A stretch of DNA of 64,000 nucleotides, from positions 26,574 through 90,573 of the forward strand of contig CAZQUR010000001.1 in NCBI GenBank assembly GCA_964596535.1. Reading direction: 5' to 3'. This DNA is from an uncultured Desulfobacteraceae bacterium. GTDB taxonomy: Bacteria > Desulfobacterota > Desulfobacteria > Desulfobacterales > UBA2156. Shown here in pieces: positions 36,601-45,438 of this stretch. The notes below the pieces were generated by a model that saw only the letters and a program-made list of their open reading frames with translations, was not told the DNA's origin and did not search any database. The translations under genes were made by a program, and so were the position numbers. Every line of letters starts with the position of its first letter. Within the stretch, counting starts at the first letter, position 1.

Positions 36601-36654
36601 CTCAAGGCGGCCAATGCGCGGCTGGATCCCCCCCTGACGCTGAAAAGGATTTAA
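33637..36654 (+). CDS. M16C insulinase-family metallopeptidase (PreP/presequence-protease-like)
   Basis: About 1000 aa, with the inverted zinc motif HILEHTVLCGS and FMNAFTAPDATLYPFST. A better start may be the in-frame GTG at 33667 (AAGGAG 6 nt upstream). Confidence 0.85.
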   Translation: MGSEDKKEKRVTQSALPEEMFAQGQRVSGYTVTRCAALDRIEAQVVELRHDATGARHLHIARADRENTFGVTLKTVPRDSTGVAHILEHTVLCGSKRFPVKDPFFSMLKRSLSTFMNAFTAPDATLYPFSTQNRKDYYNLMDVYLDAVFHPRLDPLSFKQEGHRLAVEENPENPEAVSLAFKGVVYSEMKGAMSSPDQVMVRSILNALYPSTTYRHNSGGEPLEILDLTYDQLKRFHDVHYHPSNAYFYTYGNLPLEDHLVFIAERVLDQFGRIDPATDVSPQPRWEQPESAQYFYPFGPDEAGARKSQACVAWLTADVRNAFDVLTLTLLTEILLGNAASPLRKALMDSRLGSALSDGTGYEPDYRDTLFACGLKDIDAARAHDVEEIVLETLAGLAHKGIDKDLVASAIHQLEFHRKEVTHHPYPYGIKLLMASFGPWLHDGDPSARLMFENDLEKIRAALKQGPFFEEAIRRFFLDNPHRVLLTLSPDPEMEEKIEGQTQKKLNAIKERLTPKDIEKIRADDRALQALQESEEPVDLLPTLKIEDIPPLVVRVTPSEFENAPAVCYDQPTAGIFYFTAAARIAGLDDADLSLVPFFCYALSRIGTKTKDYVELAKKISRFAGGIGFAANARTRCDTAGESAPFLALGAKCLNRNRVHVFDILDEILSAFDTTDLSRIAALLDEYRAGLEAGVVHNGHRLAMSLASRNFVPAAALDEIWHGVTHLKAVKAITAHPKDDFPAAFAKRLETIGKTVFQPENVQMAFIGDAKTLKQAARDVRGSAFLSRVPEPAASAAPFDSPPVEIGAERVREGWSTASAVSFVAKAFKVVRMVHEDAPALSVIAKLLRSLILHREIREKGGAYGAFAVYNPEAGVFSLCSYRDPHIVETLNVYDKAAAFIRSGDYTETDVAEAILQVCSEIDRPDPPGPAAKKAFVRSLIRLSDDDRQRFKETLLSITRDRVVDTARKYFALESTDCAVAVISGDPLLKAANARLDPPLTLKRI

Positions 36655-36657
36655 TCC

Positions 36658-37647
36658 ATGAAATCGGTCTGTATTGTGGGAACCGGGTCCCATCTCCCTC
36701 CGAAGGTATTGAGCAACAAGGACCTGGAACAAATGGGCCTGGATACGGACGATGAATGGATCGTGCAGCGCACCGGCATCCGGGAGCGACGGGTCGCCGC
36801 CCCGGAGGTGTGCACCTCCGACTTGGCGCTGGAGGCCTCCAGGAAGGCGTTTGAGATGGCGGGGATCACCGCCAGGGACGTGGGCCTCATCATCGTGGCC
36901 ACCATCACCCCGGACACCTGTTGCCCGGCCGCCGCCAACTGGCTTCAGGCCAAGCTCGACGCGCCCCAGGCCGTTACCTTCGATATCACGGCGGCCTGCT
37001 CGGGATTCATCTTCGGCCTGAACGCCGCCGAACAGTATCTGAAGACCGGCGCCAGCCGCACCGTTCTCGTGGCGGCCTCCGAAGTTATGAGCCGCACCGT
37101 GAACTGGAGGGACCGTTCTTCCTGCATCCTGTGGGGGGACGGCGCCGGTGCCGCAGTCCTCACCCTTGGCGAAGCGGGGCATCGCTTGTATTCTACGCAC
37201 ATCCACACGGACGGCGCCAATGGACAAGACCTGCTGCTTCCCGGAGGCGGTTCCCGGACCACCCCCATTTCCCACGAGAGCGTGGACAAGGGCCTGCACT
37301 ACCTGACCATGATCGAGGCCAACTTGAGTTTCCGGGTGGCGGTGCGGCATTTCATCGGCGCCATTCAGGAGGCGGCCGCGCATAACGATATTCCGGTCTC
37401 GGCCATCGACTGGTTCATTCCCCACCAGGCGAACCTGCGCATGTTCCAGGCCGTGGCCAAGAGCCTGAATATCCCCATGGAGCGCTTCTATCTCACCCTG
37501 GAAAAATACGGAAACATTTCCTCGGCGTCGTGTGCCATCGCCCTGGACGAGGCGGTGCGTGACGGCAGCATCCGCCCGGGGGATTGGGTGTGTCTCCCGG
37601 TTTTCGGGGGCGGCCTGACCTGGGGTTCCGCCCTTATCCGCTGGTAA
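36658..37647 (+). CDS. fabH: beta-ketoacyl-ACP synthase III
   Basis: 329 aa with DEWIVQRTGIRERR, ACSGFIFGL (active-site Cys), HQANLRM and GNISSAS. It starts 4 nt after the peptidase stop. Confidence 0.9.
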   Translation: MKSVCIVGTGSHLPPKVLSNKDLEQMGLDTDDEWIVQRTGIRERRVAAPEVCTSDLALEASRKAFEMAGITARDVGLIIVATITPDTCCPAAANWLQAKLDAPQAVTFDITAACSGFIFGLNAAEQYLKTGASRTVLVAASEVMSRTVNWRDRSSCILWGDGAGAAVLTLGEAGHRLYSTHIHTDGANGQDLLLPGGGSRTTPISHESVDKGLHYLTMIEANLSFRVAVRHFIGAIQEAAAHNDIPVSAIDWFIPHQANLRMFQAVAKSLNIPMERFYLTLEKYGNISSASCAIALDEAVRDGSIRPGDWVCLPVFGGGLTWGSALIRW

Positions 37648-37688
37648 GCAAGCCCTGCGTCCTTTCTCTTTTATCCCTGACGTCGTCG

Positions 37689-40112
37689 CTACATCAGAAT
37701 CTTTTGCCGCTGCGGATCATAGAGGGCGCGATTCATTTCCCGCTTTGCGGGATACACTTCCTGGTAGGATTCGATTGAAAACCCTTCGACGACGTCGGCC
37801 ATATCCGCCGGAAGGTATCCGTAGCAGATATTTTTTCCGATGGTGTGCCCGTATCCCGCGCTGGTGGTCACACTCACCACGCGGCCGTTGTGAAGGATGG
37901 GCGCGCTCCCCTGGAGCATGAGCGGCGTCCCGGCGTCGATGGTGAAGGTGCACAGTGTCCACTGGGGGCCTTGTGCCTTGATTCGGGCCAGCGCCGCCTT
38001 GCCGATGAAGTCGTCTTTTTCCAGGGCCACACAAAAGCCCAAACCGGCGTCGTAGGGGGTGTATTCCGGCGTCAGTTCCGAACCCCAGTCGGCATACCCT
38101 TTTTCCAGGTGCAAAGAGGCGATGGCACGGTAACCGGCGTTGGCGATGCCGAGTTCCCGGCCGTTCTCCCAAAGGGTTTCATACACATGGCAGGCGAACT
38201 CCACAGGGATGTATAACTCGTAGCCCAATTCCCCCACATAGGTCACCCGGAAGGCCATAGCCGGCGCAAATCCCACCGTGATCGGTTTGAGGGTGCCGAA
38301 AGGAAATGCGGCATTGCCGATATCTTCCGAAACCAAACGCTGCAGAAGCGACCGGGATTTGGGGCCGATGACGTTGAGGACCGCATCGCAGGCGGTGACA
38401 TCCCGGAAGGTCACCGATCCGTCTTTGGGCATATGGTTATGGATCCACCAGGCGGCCCGCCGCCCGAAAGCGGTTCCCACCACCAGATAAAACGCGTCCT
38501 GGGCGACCCGGCCCACGGTCAGGTCGCATTCGATGGTCCCCCGCTCGTTGCACATCTGGGTATAAATCACTTTCCCGACGGGTTTATTGATCTGGTGGGT
38601 GCAGAGCCGGTTTAATAAGGCAAGGGCGCCGGGGCCGGCGATTTCGAGTTTGCAAAAGGAGGATTGATCGATAAGGACGCCATTTTCCCGGGCGTTTCGA
38701 TGTTCGGCCTCCACGTGGGTAAACCAGTTGGGTGTTTCGAAGGTGTGCGCATCTTCGGGTGCAACGCCTTCAGGGGCAAACCAGTTGGGCCGTTCCCACC
38801 CGTACTTGGCGCCGTACACGGCGCCCTGTTCCTTGAGCAAAAAGTAGAGCGGGCTCCGCCGGACACCCCGTGCCGAGGTGTGCTCTTCGTGTGGCCAGTG
38901 GACGGTGTAGTGCTTGCCGTAAAGTTCCCTCGTGCGTGCAACATTGTAGGCGCGGCTGTGGTGGTGGGGGCCGAAACGCCGGACATCCAGGGGCCAGATA
39001 TCGAAACTGGGTTCACCTTCCACGATCCATTCCGCCATCATGCGGCCGGCACCCCCGCCGGCGGCGATGCCGAAGGCGTTGAATCCCACGGCCACGAAGA
39101 CGTTTTCCAATTCCGGCGCGGGCCCCATGATGGCGTCGCCGTCCGGCGTGAATGCTTCGGGACCGTTGACCAGTTTGCGAATCCCGGCGGTTTCAAGGCA
39201 CGGCGTCCGCTGGGTGGCCGGTTCGGCCAGCTGCAGAAAATGGTCGAAATCGGAGTTGAGGAGATTGGCGGAAAAATCGTTGGGAACCCCGTCCACCGCC
39301 CAGGGGATGCCGTTGCGTTCATATCCTCCCATGACGAGTCCGCCCACCTCTTCCTTGTAGTAGATCAGGTTGTCCTTGTCCCGGATGGTGGGCAGACTCG
39401 GCGGCAGGCCCTCGATGGGGTTGGTGACGGCGAACTGATGCTGAAAGGGGACCACCGGCGTGTTGACCCCCAAAAGCTTCCCAACCTGGTATCCCCACAT
39501 GCCGGTGCAGTTGACCGCGATCTCGCAGGCAATGTCGCCTTTATCGGTTTTCACCGCCGTCACCCGGTTTTTTTTAAATTCAAATCCGGTCACCCGCGTG
39601 TTGCGGTAAATCACGGCTCCCCGGTGACGCGCGCCGGTTGCCAGGGCATAGGTGATTCCGGAGGGATCGGCCTGTCCGTCGGTGGGCATGAAGGCGGCCC
39701 CGATGATGCCGTCCAGGGAAAGGATCGGGCAAAGGCCGTTTGCTTCCTTCGGCGTGATCATGTGCATATCCAGACCGAAGCTTTTGGCCGTGGTGGCGCC
39801 TTTTTTCAACTCGTACAGGCGTGCTTTGGTGCTCGCCAGATGCAGGCAGCCCGTTTTTTTCCATCCGGTGGCCTGACCGGTTTCTTTTTCAAGGTTTTCG
39901 TAGAGGCTTACGCTGTACTGCAGCATGCGGGTGATATTGCGCTCCGAGCGGAGTTGGCCCACAAGGCCCGCGGCATGCCATGTGGAACCGGAGGTCAGTT
40001 CCCCCTTTTCCACCAAAACCACATCGGTCAGCCCCATTTTCGTCAAATGGTAGGCCGTGCTGCATCCCACGATTCCTCCGCCGATAATGACCACTTGTGC
40101 CCGATCTTTCAT
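37689..40112 (-). CDS. dimethylglycine/sarcosine dehydrogenase-family protein (FAD oxidoreductase fused to GcvT-type folate-binding aminomethyltransferase domain)
   Basis: 807 aa with VVIIGGGIVGCSTAYHL (the dinucleotide fold) and GSTWHAAGLV (the covalent-FAD His context). The C-terminal ~400 aa have a GcvT-like pattern (RENGVLIDQSSFCKLEIAGPGA..YVGELGYELY). Confidence 0.85.
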   Translation of the reverse strand: MKDRAQVVIIGGGIVGCSTAYHLTKMGLTDVVLVEKGELTSGSTWHAAGLVGQLRSERNITRMLQYSVSLYENLEKETGQATGWKKTGCLHLASTKARLYELKKGATTAKSFGLDMHMITPKEANGLCPILSLDGIIGAAFMPTDGQADPSGITYALATGARHRGAVIYRNTRVTGFEFKKNRVTAVKTDKGDIACEIAVNCTGMWGYQVGKLLGVNTPVVPFQHQFAVTNPIEGLPPSLPTIRDKDNLIYYKEEVGGLVMGGYERNGIPWAVDGVPNDFSANLLNSDFDHFLQLAEPATQRTPCLETAGIRKLVNGPEAFTPDGDAIMGPAPELENVFVAVGFNAFGIAAGGGAGRMMAEWIVEGEPSFDIWPLDVRRFGPHHHSRAYNVARTRELYGKHYTVHWPHEEHTSARGVRRSPLYFLLKEQGAVYGAKYGWERPNWFAPEGVAPEDAHTFETPNWFTHVEAEHRNARENGVLIDQSSFCKLEIAGPGALALLNRLCTHQINKPVGKVIYTQMCNERGTIECDLTVGRVAQDAFYLVVGTAFGRRAAWWIHNHMPKDGSVTFRDVTACDAVLNVIGPKSRSLLQRLVSEDIGNAAFPFGTLKPITVGFAPAMAFRVTYVGELGYELYIPVEFACHVYETLWENGRELGIANAGYRAIASLHLEKGYADWGSELTPEYTPYDAGLGFCVALEKDDFIGKAALARIKAQGPQWTLCTFTIDAGTPLMLQGSAPILHNGRVVSVTTSAGYGHTIGKNICYGYLPADMADVVEGFSIESYQEVYPAKREMNRALYDPQRQKILM

Positions 40113-40211
40113 GTTCGTCTCCTGAGTCGTTATTTACTGGATTCGGCATCGCGCCGGTGCAGTGATTTTAAAAAGCTGTTTCCCTGTTTGATCAACTTTT
40201 TCTAAGCGCTT

Positions 40212-40997
40212 TCAGGCGATGACCACTTCAACGCCCAGCAGATCGAGTTCCCTCTGAAAATCTTCGGGTATGCTTCGATTGGTGACCAATACATCGATCT
40301 GCTTGAGCGGGACGATGGACATCTGGGCCACCAGGCCGAATTTGGTGTGGTTGGCCATGATGATGACCTGCCCGCGGGTGTATTTGATCATGGTGCGCTC
40401 GATCACGGCGATCTCAAAATTGGGGGTGGTCATGCCGGAGCTGAGGCTGAGGGCGTCGGCGCCCAAAAATACTTTTGTGGCATTGACCTGGCGGATCATC
40501 TCCATGGTGAGAAGACCCGAAAGGGATTTGGTTTGCGGGTTATACATTCCCCCTAAAAAGATAATTTCGGCAGTGGTGCCGTCGGCCTCGCTGGTAATGC
40601 CGAGATTATTGGTAAAGACGGTGCACGGCAGGCCGGGTTCCAGATACCGGATAATCAAGGCCGCCGTGGTGCCTGTTCCCAGAAAAACCACCTCGTTGGG
40701 CTCGATCAAGGCGGCGGCCCTCCGGGCGATTTGCTGTTTTTCTTTTAAGTTTTCCTTGATGCTGCTGTTGTAATGGAATTTTCCCGCCACCCGCTCCTGC
40801 CGGAAGACCGCCCCCCCGTGGGTGCGCTCCACCAAGCCCCGGCGCTCCAGGGCATCGAGATCCCGCCGGATCGTCATCTCCGATACGTTCAGCAATTCGC
40901 TGAGACGGGTGCTCCGGACGGTGAATTCGTTTCGTAAAATATCGATGATGCGTTGCTGTCGTTCCGCCGGCATCAGGGAACTCGTTGTTTTGCTCAT
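40212..40997 (-). CDS. DeoR/GlpR-family transcriptional regulator
   Basis: 261 aa with the N-terminal HTH LSELLNVSEMTIRRDLDALE and a C-terminal sugar-phosphate-isomerase-like sensor domain. Confidence 0.85.
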   Translation of the reverse strand: MSKTTSSLMPAERQQRIIDILRNEFTVRSTRLSELLNVSEMTIRRDLDALERRGLVERTHGGAVFRQERVAGKFHYNSSIKENLKEKQQIARRAAALIEPNEVVFLGTGTTAALIIRYLEPGLPCTVFTNNLGITSEADGTTAEIIFLGGMYNPQTKSLSGLLTMEMIRQVNATKVFLGADALSLSSGMTTPNFEIAVIERTMIKYTRGQVIIMANHTKFGLVAQMSIVPLKQIDVLVTNRSIPEDFQRELDLLGVEVVIA

Positions 40998-41054
40998 CGG
41001 CCCTCTTCCTTGAGGTCCCCCGGTTCCGGCGGCAGGGGAAATGAAAACCGGTCG

Positions 41055-41936
41055 TCAATCCATCTGTTGAAGTGCATCATAGGCCTTTTCCAAACGGGAA
41101 AGGTTTTTCCCGGTGTAATGGACATAGTCGAAGTCCAGTGTCGAATACAGTTCCGAGACAATGCTCCAAAGTGTCTCCCGCAGCAAGGAGACACACTTCA
41201 TTACCGCGAAACGGCGGCGCAGTGTATCCGTAACGTGACGCTGGTAGTAGGTCTCCAGGAGATCCTCTTCCTGTTCCAAAGACAGTGCGTTGTTGGAAGA
41301 TAGGTTGGCTAGATCGAAAAGCGCGGTATTATAGCCTGCGTAGTCCCAGTCGAGCAGCCACAGGCGGCTGTTGTCGTGGATGAAATTGGCGGCCAAAAGA
41401 TCATTGTGCCCGAATACCAGGTGGATTTCCCCGATCCGTTTTTCCAGGGTTTCATTCATTTCAAGAAAACGGGGGAGATGCGGCATCATGCGGCTCTTGC
41501 CTTCTTGGGCCGTGTGAATGTAGTTCCGGCACACGTGAAACGGCCAGAAAACCAGCGCCGGTCCTTTGAAATGCTTCGGGATTTGGGTATGGCAGGCCCG
41601 CAGAAGGGAGACGATGGGCGCCAGGTTCTCCTTTTTTTGCACGTCTTCTTCCGAAAAGGGGGTACCGTCGATGTATCGCATGATGAAAAGGCCGTCTTCA
41701 CTGTAGACGATTTCGGGCGAAATGCCGGCGGCATGGGCGGCCCGTGCGGCCGCAATTTCGTTGAACCGCATGACACCGTGGACCGGAATGTCTTTTCCGA
41801 CGCGGACAACAAAGCGTTCCCCCCGGTGATCCACGATAAAATTCGTATTGGTGATCCCGCCGGCCAGGGGCCGGGGATCCACCGGTGCGGACCAAAAATC
41901 CAACCGGGAGATCCTGTCTTTAAAATCCGTGTTCAT
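41055..41936 (-). CDS. choline/ethanolamine-kinase-like phosphotransferase (APH fold)
   Basis: 293 aa with the Brenner/APH motifs VFGHNDLLAANFI and WLLDWDYAGYN. Confidence 0.75.
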   Translation of the reverse strand: MNTDFKDRISRLDFWSAPVDPRPLAGGITNTNFIVDHRGERFVVRVGKDIPVHGVMRFNEIAAARAAHAAGISPEIVYSEDGLFIMRYIDGTPFSEEDVQKKENLAPIVSLLRACHTQIPKHFKGPALVFWPFHVCRNYIHTAQEGKSRMMPHLPRFLEMNETLEKRIGEIHLVFGHNDLLAANFIHDNSRLWLLDWDYAGYNTALFDLANLSSNNALSLEQEEDLLETYYQRHVTDTLRRRFAVMKCVSLLRETLWSIVSELYSTLDFDYVHYTGKNLSRLEKAYDALQQMD

Positions 41937-41948
41937 GGGCTCTCCTTT

Positions 41949-42668
41949 TCACCCGCCCAAATAGGCCCTTTTCACCTCTTCGTTTTCCCGGAGTTGGCCG
42001 GCCGGACCGGAAAGCACGATCCGGCCGGTCTCAATGACGTGCGCCTGTTGGGCCAGGACCAGCGCCAGCCGGGCGTTTTGTTCCACGAGGATGACGGTCC
42101 GACCCTCGACATGAATATCCCGGATGATTTTGGCGATCTGCCCGCACATTATGGGAGACAGCCCCAGGGAAGGCTCATCCAGAAGAAGAAGTTTCGGTGC
42201 GGACATGAGGGCCCGGCCCATGGCCAGCATCTGCTGTTCTCCCCCGCTCAAGGTGCCCGCGGCCTGCTTTGTTCTCTCCTTGAGGCGCGGGAAATGCCTG
42301 AAAACCGTCTCCTCGAGGTCTTTTTGAATCGCGTTTTTGTCCTTGCGCAGAAAGGCGCCCATGAAGAGATTCTCCAGCACCGTCATTTGAGGAAAGACCC
42401 GCCGGCCTTCCGGGACCATGGCAATCCCCAACGCGTTGATCTTGTGTGGAGGGAGCGTATCGATTCTTTGTCCGTTGAAACGGATTTCTCCCGAGGAAGG
42501 GTGTTTCAGCCCGCTGATCGCGCGCAGCGTCGTCGTTTTTCCCGCCCCGTTCGACCCGATCAGCGTAACGATTTCCCCGTCGTTTACACCGATGGAGATA
42601 TTTCTGACCGCGGCGACTTTAAAGTAGTGGACCGTGATGTCTTTGACCTCGAGCAGCAACGTTTTCAC
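41949..42668 (-). CDS. ABC transporter ATP-binding protein (LivF-like)
   Basis: Walker A GSNGAGKTT, signature LSGGEQQML and Walker B LLLLDEP. Confidence 0.9.
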   Translation of the reverse strand: MKTLLLEVKDITVHYFKVAAVRNISIGVNDGEIVTLIGSNGAGKTTTLRAISGLKHPSSGEIRFNGQRIDTLPPHKINALGIAMVPEGRRVFPQMTVLENLFMGAFLRKDKNAIQKDLEETVFRHFPRLKERTKQAAGTLSGGEQQMLAMGRALMSAPKLLLLDEPSLGLSPIMCGQIAKIIRDIHVEGRTVILVEQNARLALVLAQQAHVIETGRIVLSGPAGQLRENEEVKRAYLGG

Positions 42669-42669
42669 C

Positions 42670-43452
42670 TCATGCAGATGTGGATGCCGACAGGATGTCT
42701 TCCGTACCCAGATAGGCGGTGATGACCATTTCGTTGTTCTGGATTTCGGCAGGAGGGCCTTCTACCAGAAGCGTTCCAAAGTCAAGGACGCTGATATAGC
42801 CGCACAGCTCCATTACGGAGTGCATATCGTGTTCCACCATCAGGATGGTGATTCCCTGCCGGTGCACTTTACGAATGAGATCGATCATGCGGTCTTTCTC
42901 GGTGGGGGTCATCCCAGTCAGGGGTTCGTCCAAAAGGAGCACCTTGGGTTCACAGGCGAGGGCGATGGCGACGCCCAAGGCCCTCTGGTGCCCGTGGGGC
43001 AGGTTTGCGGCGAGCTCGTCTTTCAGGTGTTCCAGCCCCATGAATTTCACAAGTTCCATGGCCTTTTCCGCGTTTTTTTCTTCCGTTTTTTTGGACAGAC
43101 CGAAAAGTACGCTAAAGATGTTTTCTCTGGCATGAAGATGGCGCGCCACGGCGACGTTTTTCCAGACGGAAAAATGATGGTACAGCGCCGTGCGCTGAAA
43201 TGTCCGGACCACACCCATGCCGGCGATCCTGCTGGAAGAAAAGCCGTCGATGCGCGTCTTGCCTTGATAGCGGATTTGCCCCGATGAAGGCCGGTAGACG
43301 CCGCTGATCACATTGAACAGGGTGGTTTTCCCGGCCCCGTTCGGGCCGATGATGCCCCTGATTTCTCCTTCCTCGATGGAAAGATTCACGTCATTCAGGG
43401 CAGCGAGCCCGCCGAAGTATTTGCTCAAGCCTTCCACTTCAAGTATCGGCAC
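42670..43452 (-). CDS. ABC transporter ATP-binding protein (LivG-like)
   Basis: Walker A GPNGAGKTT, Walker B LLLDEP, and a C-terminal LivG-type extension. Confidence 0.9.
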   Translation of the reverse strand: MPILEVEGLSKYFGGLAALNDVNLSIEEGEIRGIIGPNGAGKTTLFNVISGVYRPSSGQIRYQGKTRIDGFSSSRIAGMGVVRTFQRTALYHHFSVWKNVAVARHLHARENIFSVLFGLSKKTEEKNAEKAMELVKFMGLEHLKDELAANLPHGHQRALGVAIALACEPKVLLLDEPLTGMTPTEKDRMIDLIRKVHRQGITILMVEHDMHSVMELCGYISVLDFGTLLVEGPPAEIQNNEMVITAYLGTEDILSASTSA

Positions 43453-43492
43453 GATTTTCTTCCTTCATTCCTTTCGCATCCGGAAAAACGCG

Positions 43493-44479
43493 TCATGTTT
43501 CCGCCGGCGCGACACGGTTTCGTTTTTTCAGTCGCGAGACGGCTTTTGAAATCAATCCCTCGAGGCCCCCCGGCAGAAAGATCAGCACCAGAACCATTGA
43601 AAGGCCGAAGAACATGGGGCGGATCTCGATGAGCGGGCGGGAGAGCTCGAAAAGGGTATGCATCACCGAGACCCCGATGATGGGTCCCCAAAACGTATGG
43701 GTTCCCCCGACCACCACCCAGATGAGAAGATACAGGGTGGTCGTAATGTTGAACAGTTTCGGGTCCACCGCGCCCAGCCGGTGCACCAGAAGCCCCCCGG
43801 CGACGCCGGCAAAAAAGCCGCCGATGGCACAGGCCATCAACCTGTGGCGGGGAATGTTGATTCCGGTGGATGCGGCCAATTCCGGATCCATTGAAATGGC
43901 CTTGAAGGAATCCCCGATTCTTGATTTTTCAATGCGGTACAGCATCAGCATGACCAGGAGCATGACGCCCAGGCTGAAAAAGTAGTAGGGGATTCGGTCG
44001 CTGAAATCGATTCCCGCAATCACCGGGGGCCAGGGGATGTCGATGATCCCGGTGGACCCTCCGAAAGGGTTGCGGAATTTCAGCCAGGTCAACCGGATCA
44101 GTTCCGCCAGACCATAGGTGGCGATGTAAAAACCCCACCCTTTGGTTTTGAGGAGCGGCAGGGTGATGGCCATCCCCACCAGGCCCGCCATCGCCCCTCC
44201 CAAAGGGATGGCCGCGAAAACAGGGACGCCGAGATTCTTGGCCAGCATGCCGCTGGTGTACGCCCCCACACCGTACAACACGATATGGTAAAGCTGCCAG
44301 TCGTGCACCGTGACGATCAAACGGTAGCTCTGGGCCAGGATGATGTAGATGAAATACATCATGGCCACTTCGACCAGGTACGCCCGGAGGAAAAAGGGCA
44401 CAAGACACAACCCCGCCAGGGCAAGGATCAGAGGAGCCAGGTCCCCGATCTTGATTTTTTTTATACTATGCGATGACAC
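43493..44479 (-). CDS. branched-chain-type ABC transporter permease (LivM-like)
   Basis: 328-aa polytopic membrane protein with a LivM-like pattern. It overlaps the upstream permease gene by 14 nt. Confidence 0.85.
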   Translation of the reverse strand: MSSHSIKKIKIGDLAPLILALAGLCLVPFFLRAYLVEVAMMYFIYIILAQSYRLIVTVHDWQLYHIVLYGVGAYTSGMLAKNLGVPVFAAIPLGGAMAGLVGMAITLPLLKTKGWGFYIATYGLAELIRLTWLKFRNPFGGSTGIIDIPWPPVIAGIDFSDRIPYYFFSLGVMLLVMLMLYRIEKSRIGDSFKAISMDPELAASTGINIPRHRLMACAIGGFFAGVAGGLLVHRLGAVDPKLFNITTTLYLLIWVVVGGTHTFWGPIIGVSVMHTLFELSRPLIEIRPMFFGLSMVLVLIFLPGGLEGLISKAVSRLKKRNRVAPAET

Positions 44480-45335
44480 GGCCCATTAATCCTTGTGGTC
44501 TGATTGCCAATACCACGGCCATCACGGTGACGGAAACCATCACGGCGGTGACGCCGTCGACGAGTGTGGTGACAAAGGTCGTTACAAAACCGAAGATGAC
44601 GGCGGCGAGAGTGGCACCGCCGATGGAACCCATCCCCCCAACGACCACCACGATGAGGGCGGGCAGGATGATATGCCCTCCGAGGGAAGGGGTAATCGCA
44701 TAAATGGTGGACATCAACCCCCCGGCCAGGCCGGCGTAGGCGCCGGCGATGGCCATTGCCAGCGCCGTCATCCGATTGATATTGATTCCCTGCAAGGCGG
44801 CGGCTTCGGGATCCTGGGCGACGGCCCGCAGGGCCCGGCCAAGCCGGAAGCGCCGCATAAAAAACATGAGGCCGCCGATGGAAACAATGGCAAAGGGGAT
44901 GACCAAGACGCGCTGGAAAGCCACCGCCACGCCCATGAACCGAAAGGCACGCATATAGGGACTGGGGATGGGTCTCGACAATCCCCATCCCCATATCTCT
45001 CCCGCCAGCACCTCGAAGACGAACATCAAACCGGCGGTGGCAATGAAACCGGAAACGACATCCCCCTGGAGGGGACGGAAAACACCGCGCTCCACAATGA
45101 GGCCGATGACGGCCCCCACCGCCACTGCGGCGGCCACGGCCCACCAGAAGGGCCAGCCCCCCAGCGCATAGAGAGCATACACGGTATAGGCCCCCATCAT
45201 GAAGAAATGACCGTGGGCCAGATTCGCCATCTGCATCACACCGAAGGCCAGGGTCAATCCCACGGCGATCAGGGCCAGCATGCCGCTGGCGGCGACGGCA
45301 TTGGCGATGGTTTGGAGTAACAGTTGGCTGCTCAT
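44466..45335 (-). CDS. branched-chain-type ABC transporter permease (LivH-like)
   Basis: 289 aa with the MSSQLLLQTIANAVAASGMLALIAVGLTLAFGVMQMANLAHG LivH-type N-terminus. Confidence 0.88.
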   Translation of the reverse strand: MSSQLLLQTIANAVAASGMLALIAVGLTLAFGVMQMANLAHGHFFMMGAYTVYALYALGGWPFWWAVAAAVAVGAVIGLIVERGVFRPLQGDVVSGFIATAGLMFVFEVLAGEIWGWGLSRPIPSPYMRAFRFMGVAVAFQRVLVIPFAIVSIGGLMFFMRRFRLGRALRAVAQDPEAAALQGININRMTALAMAIAGAYAGLAGGLMSTIYAITPSLGGHIILPALIVVVVGGMGSIGGATLAAVIFGFVTTFVTTLVDGVTAVMVSVTVMAVVLAIRPQGLMGRVIA

Positions 45336-45438
45336 GCGTTACCTCGATTTCGGTTGGCGCCGGTGTATGGAAATCTCGGTTTCCGATTGAGAATGAAAAG
45401 GGGGCGGCGGACAAGCCTTCCGCCCCCCGGGATACGAT

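Noticed and set aside
38664-40205. 513-aa ORF antisense to the DMGDH-like gene.
   Set aside because: Same reasoning as above. It covers almost exactly the footprint of a well-supported minus-strand gene and has no RBS, no recognisable domain and a biased composition.
41376-42722. 448-aa ORF spanning the antisense of the kinase and LivF-like genes.
   Set aside because: It crosses an intergenic boundary of two well-supported genes on the other strand. It has no motifs and is a typical GC-frame artefact.
44461-45414. 317-aa same-strand alternative-frame ORF overlapping the LivH-like permease gene.
   Set aside because: The 289-aa frame gives a canonical LivH sequence. The alternative frame is Arg/Gly/His-rich and non-hydrophobic, so it is not a plausible protein.
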